Positions 46,494 through 56,726 of a stretch of DNA of 64,000 bases are shown here, piece by piece; the stretch's first letter is position 1, and the number at the start of each line of letters is the position of its first letter. The DNA comes from Sedimentisphaerales bacterium (lineage in GTDB: Bacteria; Planctomycetota; Phycisphaerae; Sedimentisphaerales; Anaerobacaceae), in assembly GCA_050012695.1 (NCBI GenBank), contig JBEKGR010000008.1, forward strand, positions 11,092 to 75,091, written 5' to 3'. The translations under genes and the position numbers were made by a program. Below the pieces are notes generated by a model. It saw only the letters and a program-made list of their open reading frames with translations. It ran no database searches and had not been told where the DNA came from.

Positions 46494-49400
46494 ATGGAGC
46501 AAGGACAGCCGAAAATTATTTCATCAAAGACAACCAAGGGACTCAGCCTCGAACTTCTCAGAGGCACAAGAGCTCTTTTTCTCGGTATTGACATCGGCTC
46601 AACCAGCAGTGACGTCGTAGTTCTTGATGACCAGAACGGAATTGTCCTTTCGGACTACAGGCGGACAAAAGGAAAACCCGTAGAGACATTCCGCACGCAA
46701 TTGCGGGAGATATTCGCGAAGATAAATCCCGCCAACGTCGAGACAATCGCGGCGACCGGCTCCGCCGCACGATTGCCCGCCAAATTACTGGGAATTCCCT
46801 TCGTAAACGAAGTGGCTGCGCAGGCCGCCGCCGTATCGTATCTGTATCCGGATATTCAAAATGCCACCGTCATTGAAATGGGCGGCCAGGACAGCAAACT
46901 AATTTTCCTGCACAACGAGCCAGGCGCGGTACGGGTGAAAGATTTTGCCTTAAATACCGTATGTGCCGCGGGGACCGGCTCATTTCTTGACCAGCAGGCG
47001 GACCGCTTAGGCATAAATATAGAGGAAGAATTCGGCCGGCTGGCGATTGAAAGCGAAAACGTCCCGCGAATGGCGGGCCGATGCTCGGTCTTCGCCAAAA
47101 GCGATATGATTCACCTCCAGCAGCAGGCGACGCCGGTGGTCGATATCCTCGCGGGGCTTTGCCTGGCCCTTGCCCGTAATCTCAAAAGCAACCTCGGCTG
47201 CGGACGTGAGTTTATAAAGCCAATCATCTTTACGGGAGGCGTAGCCGCGAATGCCGGCGTTGTAAAGGCAATCTCCGAGGTCTTTGAAACCACAGACGGC
47301 CAACTCATCGTCCCCGAGGCCCATTTTTTCACCGGCGCAATCGGCGCTTGTCTCACCGCAAAAAGCAAAGGATTGCAACATAGCATCTCTGCCGACTCGC
47401 TGATTGAGAATATCGACGAATATATCAGTCAGCAGGGTTCATCACTTCAAAACGCCCCTCGCAGGGAACCACTCGCAACACCGGTTTTGCCTCCTCCGAA
47501 AAATAATGTTCACAATAACCTGCTTGCAAAAGCTGCTGAACCAATAGAGGCATACCTCGGCATCGATGTCGGCTCATTAAGCACAAAGGCAATCGTGATG
47601 GACAGACAAAAACACATCCTCGCCAAAATCTACCTTATGACCGCCGGCAGGCCTTTAGACGCGATACATCAGGTGATAAAAGCAATCGGCGAACAGGTTA
47701 AGGATAAAGTGAAAATCATCGGCGCAGCCAGCACCGGCTCCGGGCGGTACCTCACGGGCGACTTTATCGGTGCGGATGTCGTTATAAATGAAATTACCGC
47801 CCAGGCCACCGGGGCAGCCATCATAAATCCCAAAGTGGACACCATTTTCGAAATAGGCGGCCAGGACAGTAAATACATCTCGCTGAACAACGGCGTGGTC
47901 GTGGATTTCGAAATGAATCATGCCTGTGCCGCGGGGACAGGTTCATTCATCGAAGAGCAGGCAAGTCGATTGGGAATAAGCATTAAAGAAGAGTTTGCCC
48001 GGCTTGCCTTCGCGAGCAAATCGCCCGTCAAATTGGGCGAGCGATGCACGGTTTTTATGGAATCGGATTTGCTGAGTTATCAACAGCAGGGAGCGATTAC
48101 TGAAGACCTCGTCGCGGGTCTTGCTTACTCCATTGTCGCGAATTACCTCAACCGCGTCGTCGGGCGACGAAAAATCGGAGATAACATCTGCTTCCAGGGC
48201 GGCACGGCTTTTAACACGGCTGTCTGGGCAGCTTTCGAAAAAGTAACCGGCAAACCCATTATGGTCCCTGACCACCATGAAGTTACCGGCGCTCTCGGCG
48301 CGGCAGCAATTGCTGCCGAACATATCGAACAGACCGCTAAACAATCAGGCATCAGGGCCGGGAGCAAGTTCAAAGGATTCGAAAATCTTGTCAATGCCAA
48401 TTATACCGTAGAGTCGTTCACCTGTGACCATTGTCCGAACCATTGCGAGATAAAGAAGGTGCAATTAGCCGGCTCGGAACCATTATATTACGGGTCACGA
48501 TGCGACAGGTATAACCTGAAGAAAACCGCCCAAAAGAAAAGCCGATTCAGCGCATTCGAATACCGCCAAAAAAAGATGCTTGAATTTGCGGGCCTCAATC
48601 TCAAATCTAAAATCTCAAATCTTAAATCTAAAACTATCGGCATCCCTATGGCGATTGCGTCCTGGCAGTTGTTGCCCACATTTTCGCAATTTTTCAGAGA
48701 GCTGGGTTTCGATGTCGTTTTATCGGGTCGAACAAACAAAGAAACGGTTCGCAAGGGTTTGGAATCGGTAACGGCTCAACCCTGTTTTCCGATTAAAGTC
48801 GCTTATGGTCATATCGTTGAGCTGATTGAAAAAGGCGTGGATTATATATTTCTGCCAAGCATAGTTTCCGTAACGGGCAGCTTCCCACAGAACAAGCACA
48901 ATCATTTTTGCCCGTATGTTCAATCGTTTCCATACCAGGTGCGAAGCGCATTCGGCGATAAGCTTGGCAAAACGAAGCTATTAATTGCCACGCTGCGTCT
49001 CGGCGAGGGCGATAGTATTACGCAAAAGACATTCGCGGAACTCGGCAAAAAATTAAATGTCCCATCATCGCTGGTTCGCAAGGCGATGATAAAAGGATTC
49101 GAGACACAACAGGGATTTGAGCAGGCGCTGTTGGACAAAGGCAAAGAGATTCTGGCCAATGTCGGACCAAATGAGAAATTGTTTGTGTTAGTCAGCAGGC
49201 CATACAACGGCTGCGACGAAGGCGTGAGCTTGCAATTGCCCGGAAAATTCGTCGACGCCGGCGTGGAAATGATGCCGATGGAGATGCTCGACCTCAAAGA
49301 AGCCCGGCTAAGCGATGAAAAACTGCACAGTGAAATTTACTGGTCATACGGACAAAAAATTCTGCGCGCAGCGGAAATTATCAAACGGGACAACCGCCTC

Positions 49401-50870
49401 TTCGCGGTGTATCTGTCCAATTTCAGTTGCGGGCCTGATTCGTTTTTGATGCCCCTCTTCAAAAACATAATGGGAAATAAGCCCTGCCTGCAACTGGAAA
49501 TCGACGAACACTCCGCGGACGCGGGGGTAGTAACGCGAATTGAGGCGTTCCTCGAAAGCTTGAAGAATTATCGTTTCCTGTCTCACGTTGTCTGTCCCTC
49601 TGCCGCAATACGCAATACGCACGACGCACAACAAAATACGAAGCGAACTCTTTACATACCCTACATTGGTGACACGTCACTCGGGATGGCAGCATGTCTG
49701 CGGGCATACGGGCAGCCGGCAGAGGTTATGCCGATTGCGGATGAGGCGGCGCTTATGCGAGGCAGGACTTATACCACAGGCAAAGAGTGCCTGCCCTGCG
49801 CGATAACAATTGGGGAAATGCTTAAAGTCCTGGAGCAAGACGGCGTAAAGCCGGAAAACACGGCATTCTTTATGCCCGGCACATCAGGCCCCTGCAGATT
49901 CGGCCTGTATCACTGCATGCATCAGCTTGTCTTAAAACACGCAGGCGTCGATGAGGCTGTTATCTTCTCGCCTAACCAAGACAGCAACTTCTACAGCCAT
50001 TTCGTGAGCAATTTCGACGGCGCGGGGCCGGTGACTTTTATGAAAGACATCTGGACCTCAATCGTCGGCATCGACCTGCTGTATAAATTGATTTTGCGGT
50101 TGCGCCCGTTTGCGATTGATACCAGGCAAGCACAGCAGGTATATGAAAATTGTGTTCAGCAATGGACCTGGCATCTGGAGAATCGCAGCCGATTTTCAGA
50201 CAAGGTTCTGCTTTTTAAACAGTTTGTCGAAGAGTTTGCAAAAGTAAAACTGAACAACAAACTGCAAAAGCCCAGGATTGGCATCGTGGGCGAGATATAC
50301 GTCCGCAACCACCCGTTCGCAAATCTCAATATCATTCGTCGGCTTGAAGAACTTGGGGCGGCCTGCGACCTCGCCCCGCTCGCGGAATGGATTTATTATA
50401 CGAATTTCACACGCCACAAAATGGCGTATCGCAGAGGTCAGTGGAAAAACCTGCTCAATAACGCGGTTCAGGATTTCTTCCAGCACAGAATTGAACGGGC
50501 GCTGGCAGAGCCGATGGAGAAAAAATTTGGCCGGCTTGCCGAACATCCCACAAAACATACAATCGACTTCGCAAAACCATATATCGACGCATCATTTGAA
50601 GGTGAAGCGATACTAAGCATAGGCAAAATGGTCGAATACCACAAAGACGGCTTCGGCGGCGTGGTAAACGTAATGCCCTTTACCTGTATGCCCTCGACGA
50701 TAGTCAGCACACAGACAAGACGATTGAGCGCCGACTGTAATGAGATGCCGATTCTGAATCTCAGCTTCGACGGCCAGGAAGACGCGACGCTGACGACCCG
50801 ATTAGAGGCGTTTGTCGAGCAGGTCGCCGCGAGGCAGAAGGTCGGGGTGGCGGAAATGGTTGCAACATAG
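46494..50870 (+). CDS. Giant fusion: two BadF/BadG/BcrA/BcrD-type ATPase (activase) modules plus a 2-hydroxyacyl-CoA-dehydratase-like / DUF2229 C-terminal half
   Basis: The two activase modules share duplicated ASKHA motifs: LGIDIGSTSSDVVV...VCAAGTGSFLDQQA and LGIDVGSLSTKAIV...ACAAGTGSFIEEQA. A Cys motif CDHCPNHCEI follows, then the dehydratase-like domains. Confidence 0.75.
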   Translation: MEQGQPKIISSKTTKGLSLELLRGTRALFLGIDIGSTSSDVVVLDDQNGIVLSDYRRTKGKPVETFRTQLREIFAKINPANVETIAATGSAARLPAKLLGIPFVNEVAAQAAAVSYLYPDIQNATVIEMGGQDSKLIFLHNEPGAVRVKDFALNTVCAAGTGSFLDQQADRLGINIEEEFGRLAIESENVPRMAGRCSVFAKSDMIHLQQQATPVVDILAGLCLALARNLKSNLGCGREFIKPIIFTGGVAANAGVVKAISEVFETTDGQLIVPEAHFFTGAIGACLTAKSKGLQHSISADSLIENIDEYISQQGSSLQNAPRREPLATPVLPPPKNNVHNNLLAKAAEPIEAYLGIDVGSLSTKAIVMDRQKHILAKIYLMTAGRPLDAIHQVIKAIGEQVKDKVKIIGAASTGSGRYLTGDFIGADVVINEITAQATGAAIINPKVDTIFEIGGQDSKYISLNNGVVVDFEMNHACAAGTGSFIEEQASRLGISIKEEFARLAFASKSPVKLGERCTVFMESDLLSYQQQGAITEDLVAGLAYSIVANYLNRVVGRRKIGDNICFQGGTAFNTAVWAAFEKVTGKPIMVPDHHEVTGALGAAAIAAEHIEQTAKQSGIRAGSKFKGFENLVNANYTVESFTCDHCPNHCEIKKVQLAGSEPLYYGSRCDRYNLKKTAQKKSRFSAFEYRQKKMLEFAGLNLKSKISNLKSKTIGIPMAIASWQLLPTFSQFFRELGFDVVLSGRTNKETVRKGLESVTAQPCFPIKVAYGHIVELIEKGVDYIFLPSIVSVTGSFPQNKHNHFCPYVQSFPYQVRSAFGDKLGKTKLLIATLRLGEGDSITQKTFAELGKKLNVPSSLVRKAMIKGFETQQGFEQALLDKGKEILANVGPNEKLFVLVSRPYNGCDEGVSLQLPGKFVDAGVEMMPMEMLDLKEARLSDEKLHSEIYWSYGQKILRAAEIIKRDNRLFAVYLSNFSCGPDSFLMPLFKNIMGNKPCLQLEIDEHSADAGVVTRIEAFLESLKNYRFLSHVVCPSAAIRNTHDAQQNTKRTLYIPYIGDTSLGMAACLRAYGQPAEVMPIADEAALMRGRTYTTGKECLPCAITIGEMLKVLEQDGVKPENTAFFMPGTSGPCRFGLYHCMHQLVLKHAGVDEAVIFSPNQDSNFYSHFVSNFDGAGPVTFMKDIWTSIVGIDLLYKLILRLRPFAIDTRQAQQVYENCVQQWTWHLENRSRFSDKVLLFKQFVEEFAKVKLNNKLQKPRIGIVGEIYVRNHPFANLNIIRRLEELGAACDLAPLAEWIYYTNFTRHKMAYRRGQWKNLLNNAVQDFFQHRIERALAEPMEKKFGRLAEHPTKHTIDFAKPYIDASFEGEAILSIGKMVEYHKDGFGGVVNVMPFTCMPSTIVSTQTRRLSADCNEMPILNLSFDGQEDATLTTRLEAFVEQVAARQKVGVAEMVAT
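48597..48631 (+). repeat. Heptanucleotide tandem repeat inside the CDS (AATCTNA x5 plus a partial sixth unit)
   Basis: aatctca aatctaa aatctca aatctta aatctaa aac... It encodes NLKSKISNLKSK in a linker of the 1458-aa protein. Confidence 0.9.
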
Positions 50871-50918
50871 GGTTATTTGTGATTTCAGATGCGGGTTCAG
50901 TATACCCGTGGCGGACAT

Positions 50919-51590
50919 TCAATAGCTAAATGGTTGTTTGCCTTCGGCGATTCTGGTTTCGGACTGCATTTGTCTCATTGTATTGGTCAACATAGCGGCG
51001 AAATCGTCGTCTTCCATACCTGTTATTTTTTCAACCGATATCGGTTGGCCATAAGCAACGGTAATCTTCGAGCCGATTTTGAATAACTTTCGATGCCTGG
51101 GCCAGCATTCGAATGCGCCATCAATCAATACGGGAATGACAGGGGCGTTACCCCGGCGAGACAAAAGCGTGAAGCCGCCTTTAAAGGGAGCGATTTTGCC
51201 GTCGGTTGTGCGTGTCGCCTCGGGAAAAAGGCAAACGCCATCGCCCTGCTTCAACCTGGCGATAATGGCCTTTATCGACGCGAGGTCGGCTTGTCCCCTG
51301 CGGACGGGTATCGCCTTGATAGATTTAAGAAACGAGCCGAAAATTTTGTTTTTGAAGAGTGAGTCGCGGGCCATAAAGCAAAGCGGCCCTTTAAACATAA
51401 TGCCGGCAAATATCGGGTCCAAAAAACTCTGGTGATTGACGGCGAGAATAAAAGGCCCGCTCGTTGGGATATTTTCCAGGCCGATAAACCGCATACGGAA
51501 AACCAGACGACAGAATAACCGGCTACACCACCGTGCAAATAAACTCCAGCGATTTTTAAAAGTTTCATTCAGCATTTCTGTTTCACGCAA
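50919..51590 (-). CDS. plsC: 1-acyl-sn-glycerol-3-phosphate acyltransferase
   Basis: NHQSFLDP (HX4D) and FPEATRT. It overlaps the cmk 3' end by 22 nt. Confidence 0.8.
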   Translation of the reverse strand: MRETEMLNETFKNRWSLFARWCSRLFCRLVFRMRFIGLENIPTSGPFILAVNHQSFLDPIFAGIMFKGPLCFMARDSLFKNKIFGSFLKSIKAIPVRRGQADLASIKAIIARLKQGDGVCLFPEATRTTDGKIAPFKGGFTLLSRRGNAPVIPVLIDGAFECWPRHRKLFKIGSKITVAYGQPISVEKITGMEDDDFAAMLTNTMRQMQSETRIAEGKQPFSY

Positions 51591-52240
51591 TCAACCAGCT
51601 TTTCAACGACCTCATCGATAGACAAGCCGGTGGTATCGACGATAATCGCGTCATCAGCCGGTTTCAAAGGCCCGACGGTTCTGTTTTCGTCGCTCTGGTC
51701 TCTTTTGAGAATGGCCTGGCGGATTTCATCATCGGTTTGCTGTATTGCTTTGGCTTTCAGCTCCGCCCGTCTTCGGCGTGCCCTCTCGTTGAGGTCGGCG
51801 GTCAGGAAAAATTTGACGTTAGCATCGGGAAAAGCAACCGTGCCCTGGTCCCTGCCCTCGGTAACAATCCTTTCGTATGCCTTGGCGAATTGCCTCTGCA
51901 TATCGACCAGACGCTCGCGCGCGGGAGCAAGACAAGCGACGTAACGGGCATTTGCGGTAACTTTGGGGTCACGTATTTGCGCAGTAGCATCAACACCGTC
52001 GATTTGCACAAGCATACCATCCGGGGTCGCTTTAAATTCAAATACCGTTTCATCCAGCACTTCGAGTATGCGCTGTTGATTGGTCAGGTCCGCACCATCG
52101 AGCATCGCGGCGAGAGTGGCAGCCCGATACATCGCGCCGGTATCGAGAAACACAGCGTCAAGTTTCGTCGCCAGTAAGCGGGCAACGGTGCTTTTGCCGC
52201 TGGCGGCTGGACCATCAATAGTAATTACAAGTCGAGCCAT
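51569..52240 (-). CDS. cmk: Cytidylate kinase
   Basis: ITIDGPAASGKSTVARLLA together with the family-wide layout. Confidence 0.9.
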   Translation of the reverse strand: MARLVITIDGPAASGKSTVARLLATKLDAVFLDTGAMYRAATLAAMLDGADLTNQQRILEVLDETVFEFKATPDGMLVQIDGVDATAQIRDPKVTANARYVACLAPARERLVDMQRQFAKAYERIVTEGRDQGTVAFPDANVKFFLTADLNERARRRRAELKAKAIQQTDDEIRQAILKRDQSDENRTVGPLKPADDAIIVDTTGLSIDEVVEKLVDCVKQKC

Positions 52241-52277
52241 AAATTTAACCGTAGAGACCGCATAAAATTTTAACTAT

Positions 52278-53579
52278 CTAACGCATAAGCGGGTCAGCCG
52301 GTTTTGCGACCCTGACGACGACCATACTCGTGTCATCCACCTGCCGGGCCAGACCTACAAATCGTCTGCGGTATGCGAGTATATTATTAATCACCTGGGA
52401 GGCAGAACCCATATGGCATTTACCGAAGCTCTTGAGAAGCTGCTCCCTGCCCCATGTATCGCCCTCGAAATTGGCGGCGTCAATCAGTCCGTCGGTATAA
52501 AAAAGCAGATAATCATTTTCGTTTAACTGGACGGTTTCCGACTGGTACTCGGCATTCGGCAAAACGCCAAGGACAAGGCCACCCTTGTTCAGGTCAATGA
52601 TATGTTTGTCCCTGTATAGAGCAGGTGGTTCGTGGCCGCAGTTGCAATAGGTGATGGTCTTTTTGCTCGCGTCGATAATGCCATAAAACAGGGAGATAAA
52701 TTCTCCGGCAGCGCATTCCTTGCACGCCATTTTATTGAGCCGACGAACAGTTTCGAGCAGCTCATCGGTCCATTCAGAATAAGCCCGCAGCGCACCGCGA
52801 AACGAGCTTGTCATAATCGCAGCCGGGATACCTTTGCCGATAACATCAGCAATGACGATACCGATTTTGTTGTCGCCCAGTTCCAGAAAATCATAAAAAT
52901 CGCCGCCCACGTCGAAACAGGGGATATACGTAGCCGCTATATCAAGTCCTGAGACCTGAGGCGCTTTTTCCGGAATCATTCGCCGCTGGATATGCCCCGC
53001 GAGGCGCATCTGTTCGGTGATTCTGGCGCCCTCAATTGCCTCGGCGTAAAGCTTGGCATTGGTGATAGCAACGGCGCACTGCGAACCGATGGCTCTTGCA
53101 AGGTCAATATCATCATCTTCAAAATGCACGGGTTTTCCGCTGTAAAGTCGCAGGACGCCGATGGGCTTATCTCTGAATTTCATCGCGACGGTGAGCTGGC
53201 CGACGAGTCCTTCTTTTATCGTGGATTCCCTGAATGAGACCCTGTCGTCATCCTGCATATCATCGAGGACGACGGCTTCGCCCGCGAAGGCGGCCTTGAT
53301 TACGGGGTCGTCTTTGGTGACAACGCCCTTGTTTCGGTATTCTTCACTCAGCCCGTAGGTACTGCGCATCTTCAGGTCACCGGCATCTTCGTCGAGCAGG
53401 CGAATCGAGCAGGCCTTGAGGCCGGTGATTTTGACCGCGGCTTCGGCAAGTTTGTCGAGCGCTTCCTGGAGCGTAAAGCGACCGGCTACCAGCGTTGTTA
53501 TCTGGTATATCTGCTCATCTCGTTCAATTTGTTCTTTCGTTCTTACAGGCATAGCCAACCAATACTGATAAAACCGCAC
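52278..53579 (-). CDS. GAF-domain / PP2C (SpoIIE-RsbU type) protein phosphatase
   Basis: An N-terminal GAF domain, then GGDFYDF, ADVIGKGIPAA and FYTDGL. Confidence 0.75.
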   Translation of the reverse strand: MRFYQYWLAMPVRTKEQIERDEQIYQITTLVAGRFTLQEALDKLAEAAVKITGLKACSIRLLDEDAGDLKMRSTYGLSEEYRNKGVVTKDDPVIKAAFAGEAVVLDDMQDDDRVSFRESTIKEGLVGQLTVAMKFRDKPIGVLRLYSGKPVHFEDDDIDLARAIGSQCAVAITNAKLYAEAIEGARITEQMRLAGHIQRRMIPEKAPQVSGLDIAATYIPCFDVGGDFYDFLELGDNKIGIVIADVIGKGIPAAIMTSSFRGALRAYSEWTDELLETVRRLNKMACKECAAGEFISLFYGIIDASKKTITYCNCGHEPPALYRDKHIIDLNKGGLVLGVLPNAEYQSETVQLNENDYLLFYTDGLIDAANFEGDTWGREQLLKSFGKCHMGSASQVINNILAYRRRFVGLARQVDDTSMVVVRVAKPADPLMR

Positions 53580-53749
53580 AGTTGTGCGGAAAAATCATCA
53601 TTTTTCGTAATAAACAATCGGAAGATTATACCCGACGTCAGGCCATCCGTGAATATCAAATTAGCCATTAACGCGCCCTTGCATATAATATGTTTTTTGG
53701 TTAGCATAGAATGTTGAGAAAGTTAGTTTTTTGCGATAAGACATTATCT

Positions 53750-54025
53750 ATGGACGTGATTGCAAAACATATTGTTTTTTCGGGACGCATTCAGGGCGTA
53801 GGGTTTCGCTTTACGGCCCTGAATATAGCCAACCGATGTGGTCTAACGGGCTACGTGCGAAATATGCCGGACGGCGACGTCGAAATGCTCGCCCAGGGGC
53901 CAGCGGAAATGATAGACAACTGCGTCCGCGACCTGCAAGATTCTTTCGTAGGGACCATAAGCCATATAGATATTGAGGATGTGACGCCCGACCCGAAACT
54001 CACCGATTTCAGAATCACTTTCTAA
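53750..54025 (+). CDS. acyP: Acylphosphatase
   Basis: VFSGRIQGVGFRFTALNIANRCGLTGYVRNMPDGDVEMLAQG. The start was set at ATG 53750. Confidence 0.85.
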   Translation: MDVIAKHIVFSGRIQGVGFRFTALNIANRCGLTGYVRNMPDGDVEMLAQGPAEMIDNCVRDLQDSFVGTISHIDIEDVTPDPKLTDFRITF

Positions 54026-54063
54026 CCGCTAAATAATCAGGCCAGCGACCAGCCATTTATAAA

Positions 54064-54777
54064 TTATCTTGGGACTTCCAGTCCGTGACTCGTCATAAGT
54101 TTTGAATCAGACATTATCTTTTTTGCAGGGCCGGCGGCAATAACCCTTCCGCCGTCAATCACCGCCGCCTCATCCGCAACAGCGGCGGCAAAATCCATAT
54201 TGCAGGTCGCTATAACAAGCGTCTGAGATAACCCGGCAAGCAGCTTGACAAGATTATTGCGGTTTCGCGGGTCCAGCGAGCCATCCGGCTCATCGAGCGT
54301 AATAATCTTCGGGGACATTGACAGCACAGTAGCTATTGCCGCAGCGCGTTTCTGGCCTGCGGAAAGGTGATGTGGCGCACGCTCGGCCATTCCTGCAAGA
54401 CCGACTTCGGCCAGGGCAAGATTTACCCGTTCTTTCACCTGTTGCGAATCAAGGCCCATATTCAACGGGCCGAACGCCACGTCATCGAAAAGCGTCGGCA
54501 TAAAAAGCTGGTCTTCAGGGTTTTCAAGACAACAACCGATTCGTGAACGCACCTGCTTTAGATTACCGTTTGTGATTTCCAGCCCGTCAATAACCACCCT
54601 GCCCGTTCCCCTGACAAAGCCCGTAATCGCCAAAAGCAGCGTGGATTTGCCCGCACCGTTGGGACCTATCAGGGCAAGACACTCGCCATATTCGACATCG
54701 AGCGTAACGCCGTTGAGAGCAATCGTCCCATCAGGATACTTGTATGAAAAATTTTCAACCTTTATCGCTTTTACCAT
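54064..54777 (-). CDS. cbiO: ECF-type Co/Ni transporter ATPase
   Basis: GPNGAGKSTLL, LSAGQKRAAAIATVL and ITLDEPDGSLD. Confidence 0.8.
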   Translation of the reverse strand: MVKAIKVENFSYKYPDGTIALNGVTLDVEYGECLALIGPNGAGKSTLLLAITGFVRGTGRVVIDGLEITNGNLKQVRSRIGCCLENPEDQLFMPTLFDDVAFGPLNMGLDSQQVKERVNLALAEVGLAGMAERAPHHLSAGQKRAAAIATVLSMSPKIITLDEPDGSLDPRNRNNLVKLLAGLSQTLVIATCNMDFAAAVADEAAVIDGGRVIAAGPAKKIMSDSKLMTSHGLEVPR

Positions 54778-54783
54778 AGCCGG

Positions 54784-55560
54784 CTATCCCAAAACAGGTT
54801 TGACAAAAAAATACAATCCAACAATAAAACAGGCGGCAATAACAATAAAAACGTAATCAGCGACACGGACTTCCAGCCGATTGATAGTTCGCCAGTTGCC
54901 GTCGAAACCGCGTGCCTGCATAGCGGCGTTTATATGCTCCGCGGTATCAATGCTGCGGACAAATAATGACCCGACCATAGCCGCGGCAAATTTGACTCCC
55001 CTGCCGAAAGCCACTCCGCCCGCCGAGCGAGCGGCACGGGCACGCAGGATATGATGGGCGCTGTCAATCAAAAGAAAAATGTATCGATATAAAAAACCCA
55101 TCTGGATAACCAGCAATCTGGGCATGCCGAGCCGTTGAAGGCCAGCAAGCAGATTCGCAAAACGGGTAGTCGAAATCAGCGCAATCAGGGCCAGCATAGT
55201 AACCACAAATTTACCGAGGATACTCCAGCAACGAAGCCAGCCGACGGTCGTATGCCAAATCCAAGGGCCAAAAGCAACTGCCGCGGCTGTCCTGTCATAC
55301 CAGGGACCGGTAAACGCCAGCACAAGCACAAACGGGCTGACATACAGGATATGCTTAAGCACAAAACGAAGCGGTATGCCGCCCATAACCAAAACGACAA
55401 AAGGCCCGACGGCATAACAAAATAAGATACTGACCGAAGTGCGAGGCAGAGAAATTACCACAGCGGTAAAAACAACCGTGATAATAAACTTCACCCTTGC
55501 GTCAAGGCGATGTATCGACGAATCCTGGTAAGCGAATTTATCTATGTACGCGTGGTGCAT
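54784..55560 (-). CDS. cbiQ: ECF transporter transmembrane (T) component
   Basis: 258 aa with 5-6 TM and a conserved Ala-Arg-Gly region (MQARGF). It sits between cbiM and cbiO. Confidence 0.75.
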   Translation of the reverse strand: MHHAYIDKFAYQDSSIHRLDARVKFIITVVFTAVVISLPRTSVSILFCYAVGPFVVLVMGGIPLRFVLKHILYVSPFVLVLAFTGPWYDRTAAAVAFGPWIWHTTVGWLRCWSILGKFVVTMLALIALISTTRFANLLAGLQRLGMPRLLVIQMGFLYRYIFLLIDSAHHILRARAARSAGGVAFGRGVKFAAAMVGSLFVRSIDTAEHINAAMQARGFDGNWRTINRLEVRVADYVFIVIAACFIVGLYFFVKPVLG

Positions 55561-56577
55561 TTACGAACCACTCATCGCCTTTGCTTCTTTTCTTCTCATC
55601 AGCGACATACCCGCCCAGACCGCCAGCATAGTCAGGAGTGAACCCGAAACACCCGCGAAGCTTGTCCAGCCCTTTGAAGTTTCGGCGGATGCGCCTCGCA
55701 GGGTATAGTCGGGCAGAGGCGTGTATTTTGACTGCAACTGGTCAACTGCCTCTATTGTTGTATTCTCATTCGTGATAACCGGCTTGAAACCGGGCTGGTC
55801 GGGTCTTTCGCGATAGCTCCACTCAAGCCCATCGGGCATTTTCGACGCCAGCAACGAAAGCCCGGCGGCTGCAATCATCGCGAAGACCAGCAATGTAACA
55901 AGCACAGTTTTCCGGCTTAGCCGGATTTTGCCGGGCAGTGAATCCAAAACCAAATCGGGTCTTACCTGCTGAATATAGCCGAGAACCGCCACGGTAATCA
56001 GCCCCTCAACTAAGCCAACAAGAAAATGCACGCCTACCATTGTTACAAGAAAAGTCGAGAAGGGAACCGCAAGCACACCGGACAAAGTCGCCTCGACGGG
56101 AACTAAAACCGCTCCACTTTCCAGGGCAACCAGGCAAGCCAGCATTGCACCAATGTATATTCGCCGGCTGCTGCTTTGGCCTGCGGTTACCATTTTATAA
56201 AGAAAATAACCGACGTAAGACGGAACAAGACCCATATTTATGATGTTACAGCCGAGGGCAAGCAAACCGCCGTCCTGGAAGATGAGGCACTGCACAATAA
56301 TAACCGATGAAATGACAATCGCCGCCAGATGCGGGCCTAATATAATCGCCAGCAGGACCGCCCCGACCATATGCCCGCTTGTGCCGGGCATCGCGGGAAA
56401 CTGAAAGTTGACCATTTGCGCTGCAAATATGAACGCGCCGAGAATACCCATCAGGGGCAATTTATCCGAGCTGACAATCTTGCTGACTTTTCTGCAAATC
56501 AGCCCCAGCCCCCCCGCCGCTATCGCCAATGTTCCAGTGGCCACCGGCACTGACAATAATTCATTCGCCATATGCAT
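55561..56577 (-). CDS. cbiM: CbiM/NikM-type substrate-capture component fused to a C-terminal PDGLE (CbiN-like) domain
   Basis: The start is set at MHMANELLS (ATG 56577), because a Met-His N-terminus is functionally required in this family. It also has GTSGHMVG, a C-terminal KMPDGLEW and a final TM. Confidence 0.7.
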   Translation of the reverse strand: MHMANELLSVPVATGTLAIAAGGLGLICRKVSKIVSSDKLPLMGILGAFIFAAQMVNFQFPAMPGTSGHMVGAVLLAIILGPHLAAIVISSVIIVQCLIFQDGGLLALGCNIINMGLVPSYVGYFLYKMVTAGQSSSRRIYIGAMLACLVALESGAVLVPVEATLSGVLAVPFSTFLVTMVGVHFLVGLVEGLITVAVLGYIQQVRPDLVLDSLPGKIRLSRKTVLVTLLVFAMIAAAGLSLLASKMPDGLEWSYRERPDQPGFKPVITNENTTIEAVDQLQSKYTPLPDYTLRGASAETSKGWTSFAGVSGSLLTMLAVWAGMSLMRRKEAKAMSGS

Positions 56578-56726
56578 AATTTGTTTTCCCTTTAGACGCA
56601 CCTCAATCGCACTCTCGTAATCATCTGTATAAGGAGTTTCCGTCTGCGCATAATAATATATTAATAGTGCTACTTAGTCAACAGGGAATTCCTATGAAAC
56701 CAAAAATATTTTAAAAAGGCCGGTAA

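Noticed and set aside
56602-56726. Possible cobalamin or Ni/Co riboswitch upstream of cbiM; also a possible SAM riboswitch upstream of yezD/metY (25188..25240)
   Set aside because: Both leaders are too short, and I could not recognise the conserved cores (B12 box, S-box junction). Only a plausible TTGACT-17-TATTAT promoter is visible before cbiM.
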